From positions 15,934,001 through 15,998,000 of the forward strand of contig OZ059894.1 of assembly GCA_964057225.1 (NCBI GenBank): DNA of 64,000 nt, in the 5' to 3' direction. The first letter of the stretch is position 1, and each line of letters begins with the position of its first letter. Shown piece by piece: positions 12,101 through 28,697 of this stretch. Below the pieces are notes generated by a model that was given only the letters and a program-made list of their open reading frames with translations, had not been told where the DNA came from and made no database searches. The position numbers and the translations under genes are program-made. This DNA comes from Auanema rhodensis. Lineage: Eukaryota; Animalia; Nematoda.

Positions 12101-13618
12101 GACTGGGTTGAGCCTGAGCCATGGCAGTTTGAGCTGCCTCTTCTGCAGACAACGAATCGTCTAAAAAAATAAGGTAAAATGAAAAATTAAAAACAATACA
12201 AAAACATAAAATCATATGATTTTTAAAAGTCTTAGGATCTTAATTTAATTTAATTTTGAACCGGTTATCATTCGAAAGAGCACTGAATCATAGCGTACTG
12301 TGATGCTAATAAGGCAAGAACAAGTCCGATCGATCGACTCGAACCTCTGCCTAAATGTAGAAACTGACAGAATCAGGAAATGAAAGGTCAAGCGTCGTTG
12401 TGATGGAAGAAACTCTTGGTTGATAACGATTTAAAAGAATTGCTGATGACGTCCTACGTCCACATGGCTTGAACACACACATACAATGAGACAATGTAGA
12501 TACGACCATTTTTCTTAGGTGGTTTAACACACTTTTATAAAAAAACGTAATGGGTAAAGCCTTATAGGACTTTCATTTTCCTTGACTTCAGTTTGTCTTA
12601 TTATGTTTCTTGAACATTTGTTCTTTGTATACCTTTCGGTGTCCTACCAGCAGGACTTAAACTTAATCTCCATCTACGCGAGAAAAAGCCAGTAAGTGAG
12701 CTTCGTACTGACGATGTCATTGTGCAATATAGTTTAGATTCAGAATTCCAATTTAAACTAGCCGAACTAGGAATTAAGGTATGAAGCGACTATGATACTT
12801 GGCAGAAATGCTTTATATGGTGTAGATAGAGGAAGCTGGCAGTCAACCAACAAGCCAAGGAGAGATGAGTAGTGCGGAACAGGGGAGAGAGTATGAGAGA
12901 CAAACGATAAATCTGGACAGGATAATGAAATAAAGTTCGCATGGATGACAATCCCCTGTGGACACTAACACTAATGCACACTATCCTCGTATCTCACATA
13001 TTCTCGTGCTCTGCTTATTCGAAACTGAAGAAGTGATAGAACAGAGAATGGAAAACTCATAAAGTGAAGTGAAAGTGATAGAAACAAAATGGTTTGTAGT
13101 TAGCTAGAGAATGACAGGATAAGCCAATAAAACTGCAAAAAAAAGAGATAAAACCTTATACTGAATTAAAGAATTTCACAATGACAGCTAGTCTTTATTC
13201 TGGCTTCTTACTGGCCTTTAAGCTCTTTGTTGTCTTTCTCAGTCATATAACTTCTGTAGGTTCCATACTTCTTGGCAGACACCTAGGTATCAATCCTCTT
13301 CTATTCCTCACAGCTTTCCTATCTTTTCTCTCAATGGATTTCTTTTGATGATGTAAAATGACGATCGTCACATGTCTGGATGAATCCAAAAGAATTTGAG
13401 AAAACAAGAGATGAGAGAAATGACAAATTTGGGCACTGGGTATGTGCTGTATCGAGTTAAACAAGACAAAGAATAAAAAAGAAAAAATAACCAAAGAAAA
13501 TTATTTGAATAATTAAACTTAATAAATCAAAAATAATTTTAAAGTCATTGCTCATCGAAAACAGCTCTTTTGTAATAAAAATATTTTTCTTAAAACCTAG
13601 AAACGTACCTAGAAGCAT
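9194..13618 (-). CDS. acs-1: Acyl-CoA synthetase, ACSF2 family (acs-1 orthologue); many exons
   Basis: [32 protein letters not shown] (AMP-binding), [28 protein letters not shown] and the C-terminus IAHFKIPRY...VVSHFNEL* match C. elegans ACS-1 as recalled. The start is inferred from an exon at 13609-13665 ending ATG CTT CTA G|gtacgt, whose phase fits the next exon; the start is less certain than the rest. Confidence 0.9.
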
Positions 13619-16600
13619 TTTTTTCTCAATGAGTACAAAGACGAAGCTTGGTCGGTTGAGCTACCCTGGAAGATAACAATTATGAAAATAAACGTTACAA
13701 AACTAGAAACATAAACTGGCGAGAAGAATGAAGCATAATCCCAAGAAAATCGGCAAAAAACGTGGTTGAGATGGAAAAAATCCTTTAAGAAAGGAATAAG
13801 ACTGACAAAAGTTCCGGTTATTGATAGTCCAATTAGTAGCCAGAGCAAATCAATCTCGTTCCAAACTACACTTGCTATCGAGCTGTTACATGGACAATCA
13901 TGGTGTAGGTTACACCTCACACATGATCATGTTGAAGCTTGATTGGCAGCAGATCAATTACTTTCTTTTTCGATTTGGAGATCGACTGTCGGTGGACCTT
14001 ATCTCATAGATGAGATAGCCAATGTTTAGAAAGATTAATATTAAGAACGTTAGAGAACATATGAAGAAATTTTGTAATCTGTTAGATTTTTCGAGAAACA
14101 TCTTACTATTGAAAGTTCATAGGACGTTGAGGTGAGATAGGAATCTCAGAAATTAGGCACACGAGATCCCTCCTACTCCTACTCTTATGCCTCTTCGTAT
14201 CGGTAGATGGCCCTGATTTTTCATGGACATATATACACATACATGAACTTATGAAGAAGAACTAAGAGGTACATCATTGAATGAAGAAAAAAGAGTAACC
14301 GAGGCAGAGAGGTGGAAATAGGCAAACGATAGAGAGAGAAAGAGAGGTAAAGAAAAATAGAAAGAGAGGGAGATAGAGAAAGAGGAATAGAAAGAAAGAG
14401 AGGTGGGCTGTATGAAGAGAAAAGGCTAGATGGACCAGTCTATCAACTATTACTGTTTCAGGAATACTGAAAAAAAGTTTGAATAAGAGAAAACGTTTGA
14501 TGGCTTTAATCATTTTGATGTGTTCGTTGAATTGCAGTTTCTTTGTGTTTCTCTGATCCACGTCTTCCTCTTTTCAGACTCTATCTCTCTTTTTTCCTTT
14601 TTTTTTCTTTTCTTTAAAGACAAGATAGGCTAGTTAAATCTGTCAAGCTTTAATCTGAGTGTGTGGCACTTAGAAGGAATATGTGTGTATCTATATATTC
14701 AAAATATAGAAATAAACAAATATTTGTTATTAAAAAAAGGAAATGAATTGATGTCCAGAGCATTGGGAAAACACCCACACGGTAGACGAAAATCCAAAGT
14801 AAAAAACAAAAAAAAATTATTTTTGATGAAAATCACAAGATGGAAATGTGTGGGATTACAGAGACAAACAAATAGTAAATTAATTTAATCCGAATGAATA
14901 GGCTAATGTAAAGCTTTTGAAGTATCTCATGTCTCTATAGACCACAGCTGAACGACGTCTGATCATACGACGACGACAACGAGGACGGTAAATACGATGA
15001 TCATAGGCGGGGTTGAGCTAAGGGGCGTAGGGACGCCGACCGGTGGGGCTGATGTTAGATGCTGGTAATGATGTTTAAGTGGAAAAAAAGAAAACAGTTA
15101 ATAGGCTTTCAAAATGGAGCTGAATGGTAAAGTGCACAAAAGAAATGTGTGAGAGAAAAACGAAAACAGCAAGTTGTTAACACGGAAATTTTGAAGAAAA
15201 AGGTGAGAATTTGGGTCAAAGGCATGTTCATCTTTATATCAATCTTAACCCCTCGACTATAGACATAAGCGGCGAGCAGAAAAAAAAATGAAAAAAGGTT
15301 GTCGGACGAAGACGTTGTTTAGTGATGTGATGATGGATAATAAGTATCATTTGATAGACGAAGTAAATGAGAGTTCGTATGACAGACATGATGTAGCCAG
15401 AGCAATTGATGAGCGGGTATATGAAAAGGGTAGAGGATGGTGAAGGTGTGATCAAAGTCTTTAGCCAACGATGAAGGAAGTACATTTAAGGTCAGTATAA
15501 ATGTGTTTGTTATTATAACAATGATTTTTAAATTCTGGTTAATGATACGCACATCTTATATGAATTACTCTAAGATGAACAATTTTGTTTTTGATACAGA
15601 AAGAAATAAGGAAAACGATGTTGAAATGATGGTAGAATGCAGGTAGAAAAAGCTTTGAAATCTAGAAATAGTTTGGCTATAGCTAACACGTTTAGACACA
15701 TAAATTGATTGAATCAAGATTGTTTTGGATATAAGATGATTAGTTAATCACAGTGAATAACGCTCGTTAACTGGTACCCAATGAATAGCAACCCGATAAA
15801 ACCCAGCCGAGAATCAAAAAGCTTTCAAAAAATGATTCGATTAAGACATTTTTTCTGTTACCATAACTTCTAACATTACTTTGAAGCTTTGATGTAATCG
15901 AGCTATTCGAAAATTGTTCAACTTATTCCGAGAATAAGAGGCTAGGCTTGAGAAAGTTAATTCGACGATGCAACCTGAGCCACTGTAATTTGATAAAGAT
16001 GATGATGATCTGCTTGTCATTACGAGAGTAATATCATCTTAAAATAATTTTTGAATCGTTAAAAGAATATCATGAAATATCTCAAATGAAAAGTAAAGTA
16101 ATGCAAATATGTGAAATAGGGACAGTTGGCAACGGCAATTGTTTATTTCACAGGATGTTGACTGATAAGATGTGCTGAGCTTTTGGCTTGACACATTCGT
16201 ACCCTCGTTCCTTTATATGGACAGTAACTGAGCCATTCCCAAAAACGTACGATTTGGTGATAAGAATCTGCACAAGATTGTACGGACAAAGAGCAACACG
16301 AAAATGCAAGATGCGTTTATACTTATCAATAGCGTCATATATAGCCCGAAGCTAACAGTAAGATAGATAGTGTGATTCCAGGAGGTGCAAAAACGATGAA
16401 GATACTTATCGATACACAATTTCTTATAGAAAACAAGGAAATTGAATTTTGAACCTCACGAACATAAGATAGACATTTGTCGTTATTTAGAAGTTGCATC
16501 GAGCAGTTTAGTTATGGAGCAGATGCTGAATGATAAGCCACACACAATATGATTCAACTGATCATAGAACCTTAGATCAATTGACTATTGGGTGTCACCA

Positions 16601-17070
16601 GAGTATCATGGGCTGATGTTTAGCTGTGAAATAGGGTACAGTACATTAGATAGATGAAACTGATCTGGTTTCAACAAGAACACACATTTAGATGAATTTT
16701 TGATTTGAAGAAGGTAACAGGCAACACATCGAAAAATATGGTTGTTGGTTTAAGTGCAAAAAATTATAAGACAAGAAGACTTAGTGAGAACAAGATGAAG
16801 AATGAAGACAAAAACTAATGACAGACAAGATTAATTGTGGATGTTGTTGAATAGCACCCCCCAAAATGCAATTTTAAATTCAATTTGGAACATGGTGCAA
16901 CCTGTTGATGACAAATGTCAGTTATTAGCGACAGTCTATGTCATCACTCTTAGTGATTTTCTTACTCAACAAATATAGATGAGCAGCAATAAATACAGAA
17001 AAAAATAATTGAAAGAGAGTAATGAGAACCGGTTAGAATGCCAAACATCCAATCATTTCAGACAACTATC

Positions 17071-17071
17071 C

Positions 17072-17104
<33 letters not shown>

Positions 17105-17135
17105 TATCTATCTCTCTTATTCTATCTCTCTATCT
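17071..17135. repeat. (TC)n/(TCTCTA)n microsatellite
   Basis: Direct inspection. Confidence 0.9.
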
Positions 17136-17608
17136 CAACTTTTTCTTTTACTTCTAAGTTCTCCGTGTTATTTACCAGTATAGTCCATTTTAACCGCTTT
17201 CTTTATATTTCCTCTAAATATCTTATAGGGGAAAATTAATTTTGATTTTACTAACAGTTCAGAAATTAAGTGATCTCAATTACAATGCACGATGAAAGGG
17301 CAAGATCAGCAAAGTTTGCAGTTTGAACTATAGCTTGTACAACTTAATACTACAGGTGTTCAAACGTTAGAGATTTAAGATCAGGATATAAGGTATGAAC
17401 ATCAAGGTGCCAAGAAGAAGTAAATGACGTGATGAGTGTGATTAAGCAATATTAAAATGAATTGAGATTAGATTAAGCTAAATCAAGTTTTTTTCCTGAT
17501 TATATAGACATTATAATCAAGACTTCAATAATTATCTCTTCTGTATTGGATGAAAGAAACACAACAGAGGGATTAAAAGGCAAGAAGGCGAGAGGAAGAG
17601 AGAAAATC

Positions 17609-17670
17609 AGAGAAAGAGAGAGAGAGGGAGAGAGAGAGGGAGAGAGAGAGAGAAAGAAGAAAGAGAGAGA
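17609..17670. repeat. GA-rich microsatellite
   Basis: Direct inspection. Confidence 0.9.
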
Positions 17671-20600
17671 AGCAGTTCATTTATGTTCAGATGGACCGTC
17701 ACCATAGAAAGGACATAAGCAATCCTAAGAAGAAAAAGAAAAAAAGAAGAAGCGATAGTTGTAGATGAACGGATGAGCGGAAGAAGAGAAACTGGTTGGA
17801 CTCTGCGCAACTAGCCATACTAACATATCGAAGAAAAGATAGATTGATAGAGAAATGGCTACTGGACATACAATATGCGTAACTATATGAAGAATTTTGG
17901 CAAAAAAAAATCAAAAAGAAAAAAAAATGAATGAATGAAGATATTGAAATGAATTATTGGTATATGTTTTAGGGAGAGAAAAAAGAAGCACACATTGTTT
18001 TTGAAAAAATTACAAAACAAAATTGCGAAAAATGTATTATGTATGGAATAAAAAATGCGAGAAGAAAGTTTGCTAAAAGAAGAATGAGAAATATTTTTGA
18101 AAATAATAAGATTATTAGAAACAATGTAATATGCATGCAAGATCACTTACGACTCGCTAGCTAGATCGTCTAGCCCTTTTTACCTTGTTGTATCCGACAA
18201 CCTTAGACTAGATAACGAGATATCGGAAAGATGAATCAGTTATTATAGAGAGTAGATCTATTAGGTATATTGAATAATCTTCAAGAACAACCTAACATGA
18301 TGTCGATAAAACATATAGAAAACCATATATATATATATATATTTATAAGAATATATATTTACTATATAAACATAAATTGTTAAAAGTTTTTATTGGTGAG
18401 AGAGCCAGATGAAGGATTCACTAGATTAGCTGCATGCGTAGACAGTTACACATCGGTTAAACCCAGGTTATGAAGTTAATTTTTTCAACGAAACTTCCAC
18501 AAAAAAAAACTTGAAAAAAATCGGCTGAAATGTCTAATTATTTCTCCATCTATTCTCATTTTTTCTTGTCGTTTATCATTTCGTTAGGTACGAAATGGTT
18601 ATGATCCTAGATTCATGAAATATGTTCTCCAGAAAAAAGATGATCTCTAAATCCAATTGGAGATTGTACTTTTCGAACTGGGTACGAATCGTGAGATGAT
18701 GGGTGGCTAACTGTGACGTGTAACGAACACAAGTTTCGATGAAAGCGAGAACGATATTTGAACAGAGAATGACCGAGAGGGAAAGAAAGAGAACGAGAAA
18801 AAGAAGGATAGAAAGAGAGAGACATTATATCTTATCTCTCTTTTAATATTTTAAATTTCAATAACCTAAGCGCATGAAGATGATGAAAGATACACAGAGT
18901 CCTCTTTAATATGAACAAGGATTTATTTCAATCTGAACGTATTTGCTAACATTTTATGAAACTGTGCATATACGAACCACTTTGTAAATTATTCAATTAA
19001 TTATATGATTACGTCTCAGATTTGGCAGTTTGAAACTAAATGAATGGACGTACCTTTTCGTAATCATCTATCGTTCCATTTAGTCACCTTTCATGTTTTT
19101 CATTATCAAATTAAATTTATATACAACCGCTCAACATTTTCTTGAGATAAAAAAATGAAAAGTAAGACGTACCATAGCGATTATTGGGCGACATGATGCA
19201 CGTACTCTCACGTGAACAAGGTGAGGTAATACTGATAAGACAATACTTTGATGCATCTTGAATGCAAAAGAGAAAATTAAAAACAAACATATCGAAAAAA
19301 GCCTAATTGATTTCTTTATATCAATAATGAATTGCAAAGACATTGGGAACAAAAGTTTTGGGGACATGGGACATCATGATGTTTGAATCATTAGGGAGAG
19401 GAATTTTGCTTTTGTGTTTTTCTTCCAATTTTCTCGTGATCTCATCATTATTTTCTTCACAATTCATTTGAGCCGCCTTCACGCCGGAGATTTCGTAAAG
19501 ATAGTATAGAGTAGGTGGAGGAGGAGGCGGATGAGTAAAATGGATAACGTCAACCACGTTGACCACGACAAGCAATAGCAATATTATTGTTGTGCATGCT
19601 CTTCATCAGTTATATATATATATATATATAAATATATATAGTTAAGGAAAAGCATATGCTTTAGCAAATGATATGAAAAACCCACGCATATTTTCAAACT
19701 CTTTCTCTCCGTGCTATATCTCAATCTCAAGTCTATACGGCAATTTTTGCGGAGATTTTTTTTTCGATTTGATGTCTGTTCTTGTTCGTGTTCTTCGCCT
19801 TCTTGTTGTCATTGTCCGTTGTCGTTTTATGCTGTCATGCTTGATGTTCTTTTGCTCTATCAGAGATAAAACAGTTTTGCAGCCAGCATGTACATATCTT
19901 TTTTCATATTGAAATTTTGAAGTGTGACCATTTTCATACATAAACACATATATAACTCGCAACCTAATAGAACTCAAAGAAAAGAAGATCAATGAACTGT
20001 CAAGATTTCAACTGGCGATAAGAGATAGGAGAGGAGACGAAATGAGAATTGTTCCTCGTCTGTATACGTGGCCTGGTGATGCATGCTAGCACATCGCATC
20101 AAACAGAATAAGACGGAGGTTACGGTCAAACAGAATGATATTGATGATGATGATGAAGACGAGGGCATGGAAGAGGGAAGGAGGATGGCGGGAGGTAGCC
20201 TATCTGACCTTTTTGAGAACTTGGAGCAAACCTGTTTCAAACCAAACCCCCAAACCTAAGAAAAGGCCAAGGACAGGTAGTTTGAAGAAATACATTCAAA
20301 TCTTCATGATCATACTTGTTAGAGCAAAACTGTTTAAGCTTATCAAGTTTTTAATTTAGGCGGCATATGCTGATATATACCAGAGGTGGCTGGACAGCTA
20401 AGTTGCAAGGCTGAATCACCTATTTGCCATTTGGAGACGTACTAGAGTTCGTGCGGACGATCGGGCAACTGAAGGTTCTGAGTTCAGACAATCAAGAAAA
20501 GACAAGAACAGTATCTTTCAGCGAAATGAAAACGAAAAGTAAAAAAATACATTGAAAAGACGACTGTTTAATACCGAAAAACATTTGATAAAAATGAAAA

Positions 20601-23600
20601 ATATAAAATAATTTCAAATAAAAAAAATTGTAATGAAATTTGTGTATTTAGGAGATTGAATTGTTATAAATCTCATTGTGCAAGCAGGTCAAATTGCTTT
20701 TAAAATCGTTTCTAAAATGCAATGAAAGGAAAAGGGAAAAAAGATAAAATGAACTAATTGAAACGTTTAGAAGACATATTCTAAGGATCTTGTTCATCAG
20801 AACAAATTATTCATTAAAATCGTTAAGAAACTTCATTTACATTTTGAAAAATGTTTTTTTAAAAAAATTAGTTTTCAAATCAAATTGCTTTCTTTCTTTA
20901 GTATTTTGAACGATAGCAAAAAAATTGTTTAAGTTCCTTATTCGATTAAAGAACTATGAAACTAGATGTTTTCCTTTTTCGGCATCAAATAGTTCTGGTT
21001 ATCATCATTTATCTCTTCATTGTATTCCTTTCCATATTATGAATGAAAATATATGTAATCAATATCTAAACAAGATACTAAATACATTATGAATATGAAA
21101 TATTCTATCTTATAATTAGAATTTAATCATATTATACAGCATATTCTCATAATTGCTCATGCATACAGCATGTTCTCTTAAAGAATCATTAGCTTCGCTA
21201 CATTCCTTTTTCTTTCATTGCAAGTTGATAGAGGCTCTTGTACTTACGCTTTTGTACGGAATTAAATGAATGGTGTGATGCAAGGAAGACATGTCTACAG
21301 ATAATCAGATGGCGACCGCGACTTCGCAGCAATTCTTCACAGCTCGTTTCAATGTCTGGGAAATACGAGGGAGAAAACTAGGAAAAGTAAAGGATCTAAA
21401 GAACAGAGATTGGAATAAAAGAAACAAAAAATGGGAACATAACAGTGAAACCTAGACTTGTTATATGAAAGATTTTAGAAAATGAACGAGGGACCAATGG
21501 CAGTCTGAACATTTTAAAAGTATTCAATTGATTTCACAGAAAACTTTACTCCAATTTTGTAATTTTTTAATGTTTCTTTTGAAATATGCGAATTAAGGTC
21601 GTTTTGAACTGAATTTGCCTCGGATGAAAAAATGTATTTTCAGTTTGAATATGAGAAAGACCGGTTGCTTCCAAAAAAGGATTCCACAACTTGTATATGT
21701 ATAGTTTTCGTTTATTACATAACCTTTCGAAACTAAGTTCAAACTTAACAACAATGCACATTATGAAAAAGATTTGTATTAATCTAATTTTATCCTAAAA
21801 GTTTTTAAAATGAATTTATCTTAAACGGTCTGGTCACGGTATTGTAGATGGCATGCCGAATATTTTATAGATATAGATCTTTCGAAGGGCCAGAACCGTC
21901 GGTTTATGAATATGCCCATACCTTTGTCCAAACACAACGATGAATGTTAAGAAATAAGACATCCAGTTCTTTTTTTTAATACAATACATAACTTAAAGTA
22001 GGATCTGGTTGCATGCTAACGTCCACAAAAAGCGTAAATGGAAAATAAATTGATCTAACGACAACGTTCGGTCAATCAGTCAAGAAATCGAATGAGATGA
22101 AACAGCTAATGCTTGTATGATTGTGAAGATATAGCAGCTAACTTCTTCACTTTCTTCTCGAATTATGCAACTCAAGCTTGATACGATCATGAAAGAAATG
22201 TCGCTGTTGTTACAGCTTTGAAGATATTGCTGAAGAAAAATGATAAGAGTAAGTTGAGATCTATAGGATTTAGTTTTGAAATAATTTGTTTTCAATAGAA
22301 TATTCAAAATAACTAAATATAATAGCTCTGATGTGGATACAGTAATTTTATAGGACAAAACAAACACAAGATCTGAGATCATAGGCATAGACATGTAGGC
22401 TAAATAGAAAAACTTGGTCATTAAAGTAGCAAGAACTAAAAAAACATCAATATAAAATTCTTTAATTTAGTTTATATCTTATATATTATATAAATTATGG
22501 CTACATGTAAAATATAATCAGATCGTAATCATAACATATACGAATTCAAAATGCTCTTCTCGAATATCTTTTGGGATTACAAACAAAATATAATATAATA
22601 TAAAAAAATGAAATAAACATCTCCGAAATATATCAAACAATGATTTTGAAATTTCATCGAGTTGTCATTTTCTTTAAAAAATGTTTTTCACTTGTTTACT
22701 TCAATTAAATCTTGTCACTTTGCAGGATGAAATTTGTCTAAACCTCAAATATGGAAACTCATATTCGGGATTCTTATCTTTTACAACTTTTTTCAGATTT
22801 TCTTCTTTTTTTTTCAAAGAATATATTTATAAATTTCACTTAACTATCAGGTCAAAGTCTTATATATAGATATATATATATAGATGATTCTTTGTAGTGT
22901 TTGCGATGTTTGAGAAAAACTTAACAATGGAATCTGTAAAGTATTAGATCAACTTTGATATTTATTGTAAAAAAATTTGTTAGATGGCTACAAAGTTCCA
23001 AAACATTAGCCGGAAATAATGTTAAACTCATAGTATCAAGCAGATCACCTTTCTCTATTATTTTTTAATAAGCAATAGACATTTGAAATTGAGGGGGGGG
23101 GGGGATCTATGAATTCTGATAAAATGACAAAAACTCAGAAATAAAATCCATAGAAAGGTCGTTGAACATGATAGAAAACGAAAAAAAAAACAAAAGAAAT
23201 AGGATGCCTGTCCATTTATTCACGTGAGAGTATCATGAATATTTAACTATGGCCATTACTCTACAGCTGTTTCATATCAAACTACAAATAGTTGTGTTTA
23301 TCCGAGGATGAATATATTGAATTTATGAAAATCTGCAACTTTTTACTAAATATTCTGTACTATTTTGCTTCTCCTATGACATCATTCGTTTGATATACAA
23401 TGAAGTTTGATATATAGGTGAAACTTTGATCATTTCTTTCAAGGCCAAGTCTTGTTTTCCAGATGTTACTGTTTTATGAAGTTTCTTTTCATGGATATCG
23501 TTTCGATTGGAATTTTAATGTGTGATATCAACGTAAACATAATTATAACAATAATAATACTAATAATAATAGAAAATAACAAATAACAAAGTTAGATCGA

Positions 23601-24726
23601 AAAAGGAGATGGCTAATAAGATACACGAAAGATTGCACAAATAAGTTAAGGATGAAATCGTACATTAGGATCTGTCCGATTCCGACGAAGAATGTGAGGG
23701 ATTTGTGGGGCAAAGAAATATTAGGAAAGAACTGATGTCAGCTAAAGATTATTACAGAATCATATCCATATCTGTCATTTTTTTTGTCTGCCATACCGAT
23801 GACCCTGAATGTCCTCACCATTTTATTTGGATAACTAGAATAACTAATAAGCAAGTAATTATCGTATTATCGAGAAAAACTATACACTTCTTCATAGCTG
23901 ATATCTCAGACTTATTAATATATAATTGCTTGAGGGATTTCCAAGAAAATAATTGAACTTACATTTAAACTAATTCAAATATATTCTAAATTTGAACATT
24001 CAATAATCTAAAATTTTTTTTTTATTTTCGAGAGAAAGACAGAAATAAATTTCAAAAACAACTTGTATCTCTTCTCGTTTTTAATTTTTTTTTCTCATGT
24101 TCAACATATATATATATATTGCTTTTAGTAAGAACTTCTGATAAACTAAAAAAGTTATCGATTTTTCAAAAAAAGTCTTATTAAGTACGTGAAATTTATG
24201 TTCGCTGAACGATAGCAACCGGTTTATCATGATATTCCGTGTTTTTCTTAAAGTTCATATTCATCTTATAAAAAATGGGAAATATACTTTTCTTTTATTC
24301 ATATTGATAGTAAAATTAAGAAGAAAATGTTGAAAAGGACACGACACGCAAAAAGAATAGAAGACCTTCGAATAATGAAAAAAAAAGAATGAAATTTCAG
24401 AAAATAACGATTACTCACACTATTTTGAGAACAAAAGATTGTTCTTGGCCGAATTAAAATGTCTTTTCTACTGAACAATTTAGCTAATATATGTAGTTGA
24501 TTAGGTCCGAAGGATCATACTCCACTCGATCATTGGCCTTGCAAACTATTCTTGCACGTTCACACGTCAACTTTCAACGTTAAAATCATTCCAGTATTGA
24601 ATCTTTCCGATCTTTATCGATGATATCATAGAAATTCCCCGAATAGACCTAGGGTTCAGCATTATATAAAGGCCTCCTGGTAAGGTCTATCAAGCAGCTC
24701 GTTTGATAGCTACATCTTTCAAAGCA

Positions 24727-25178
24727 ATGATTTCTCATCTTCTCTTTGTTCTTCTAATCGTCCTCGTCTGCGCTGCTCTTAGCGAAGCTTATTATGGATA
24801 TGGTGGATACGGTGGATACGGAGGATACAGACGTAAGATTTCTCTTCATCCTAACATTTTTAAATGAAAATTATTCCTTTTTTCAAAATCTAAAATGCCA
24901 CTACTTTCCCGAATCAAACTATTCATACTTATTACTTAATGTTTTAGCCTACGGCGGATATGGTGGATATGGTGGATACAGATACGGTGGATACGGAGGA
25001 TACAGACGTAAGATTTCTCTTCATCCTAACATTTTTAAATGAAAATTCTTCCTTCTTTCAAAATCCAAAATACCGCTACTTTACCGAATCAAACTATTCA
25101 TACTTATTACTTAATGTTTTAGCCTACGGCGGATATGGCGGATACGGAGGATACCACCACTACCCATACTATGGATAA
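24727..25178 (+). CDS. Gly/Tyr-rich YGGYG peptide precursor (NLP-29/CNC-like antimicrobial or neuropeptide-like); exons 24727-24832, 24948-25007, 25123-25178
   Basis: TATAAA at ~24665. Spliced product MISHLLFVLLIVLVCAALSEA-YYGYGGYGGYGGYRPYGGYGGYGGYRYGGYGGYRPYGGYGGYGGYHHYPYYG*; the terminal Gly is an amidation signal. Confidence 0.9.
24806..25155. repeat. 175 bp tandem duplication of an exon+intron unit
   Basis: Introns 24833-24947 and 25008-25122 are both 115 nt and differ at only a few positions. Confidence 0.95.
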
Positions 25179-25489
25179 ACACCGCATTATACTCATAAAT
25201 ATCTGATAATTAAACTCATGTAATTAAATTGAAATATATATATATATTAACAAATAAACTTTCGTGCACATTTTTATTAGCACATCAACATTGTCAACAA
25301 AAAAATGATATACAAAATCATAACCGAGGGTTTGGAGATAGTGATCAACAGTCTAGTATCAGACTTGCAAGTAAACAGCAAGCTTATTAGTATAAAACAA
25401 GCTCTCTGAGTTCATGGTGAGGTCTAATAAAGCAAAAAAAAAACAAATTAAGAAATTGCCTCATTGAGGCAAAATCATATTTTTGGTCC

Positions 25490-28062
<2,573 letters not shown>

Positions 28063-28574
28063 TTTTAAGTTCAAATACTTTTGAAAAGAAGCCTTTTGAT
28101 CCTCAAGCTTTTGCTCGGATTGGCGAGTATACCTGACAAGTGGCCCTGGGCGAGCTGAGCAAAAAAATTGACTTGATATTTGATAAAGAGAAACTTTCGA
28201 TAATTTTTTTGTCAAGTTTAAAATCATCAAAAAAATATAGAGAATGAGCAGCAAATTATAAGAACGATCAGCTAAGACAAAAAAAGAAAAAAGAAATCCC
28301 AAAACGGCGGAACGCACGCATTCGACGCACACTGAGAATTCCGTGCGAGACCATTTAAATATATCCCCACCCCTATCTCCTGGTAATGCACTACGTCATG
28401 CTTCAAGTAAATTGAAGCATATGATAATTATTTCCATAGATTGATGAAAAATAAAACTTAATAGTGTTTTTTTGATAAACAGTTTTTCGAAATATAATTA
28501 AAATTTCTTATTTTAAGATCTATTTTTGAATTTCATGATTTGTATGACAAAAGATAGTTCTAGTTTCATTTCAT

Positions 28575-28592
28575 AATGTTCTAGAACATTTC
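28575..28592. promoter_or_regulatory. Heat-shock element upstream of aip-1
   Basis: Perfect 16 bp palindrome AATGTTCTAGAACATT containing TTCTAGAA, ~110 bp before the aip-1 ATG. Confidence 0.65.
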
Positions 28593-28697
28593 TTGTGCAC
28601 AAAAAATGCATATAAACTGGGAACTATTCTTAGATTGTTCTACTTGCCCCGATGTTTTCTAAATAATGAGTTTTATTTACAGTTTTTTTTAATTTCA

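Noticed and set aside
19989-20359. Overlapping sense and antisense ORFs around a GAT/TCA repeat
   Set aside because: No recognisable product and no consistent multi-exon model; left as part of the unexplained upstream region.
5934-23275. Scattered CTGTTTCA (piRNA Ruby motif core) matches
   Set aside because: Few, unclustered, and plausible by chance in AT-rich DNA.
24794-25178. MDMVDTVDTEDT ORFs
   Set aside because: Off-frame reading of the YGGYG gene and its introns.
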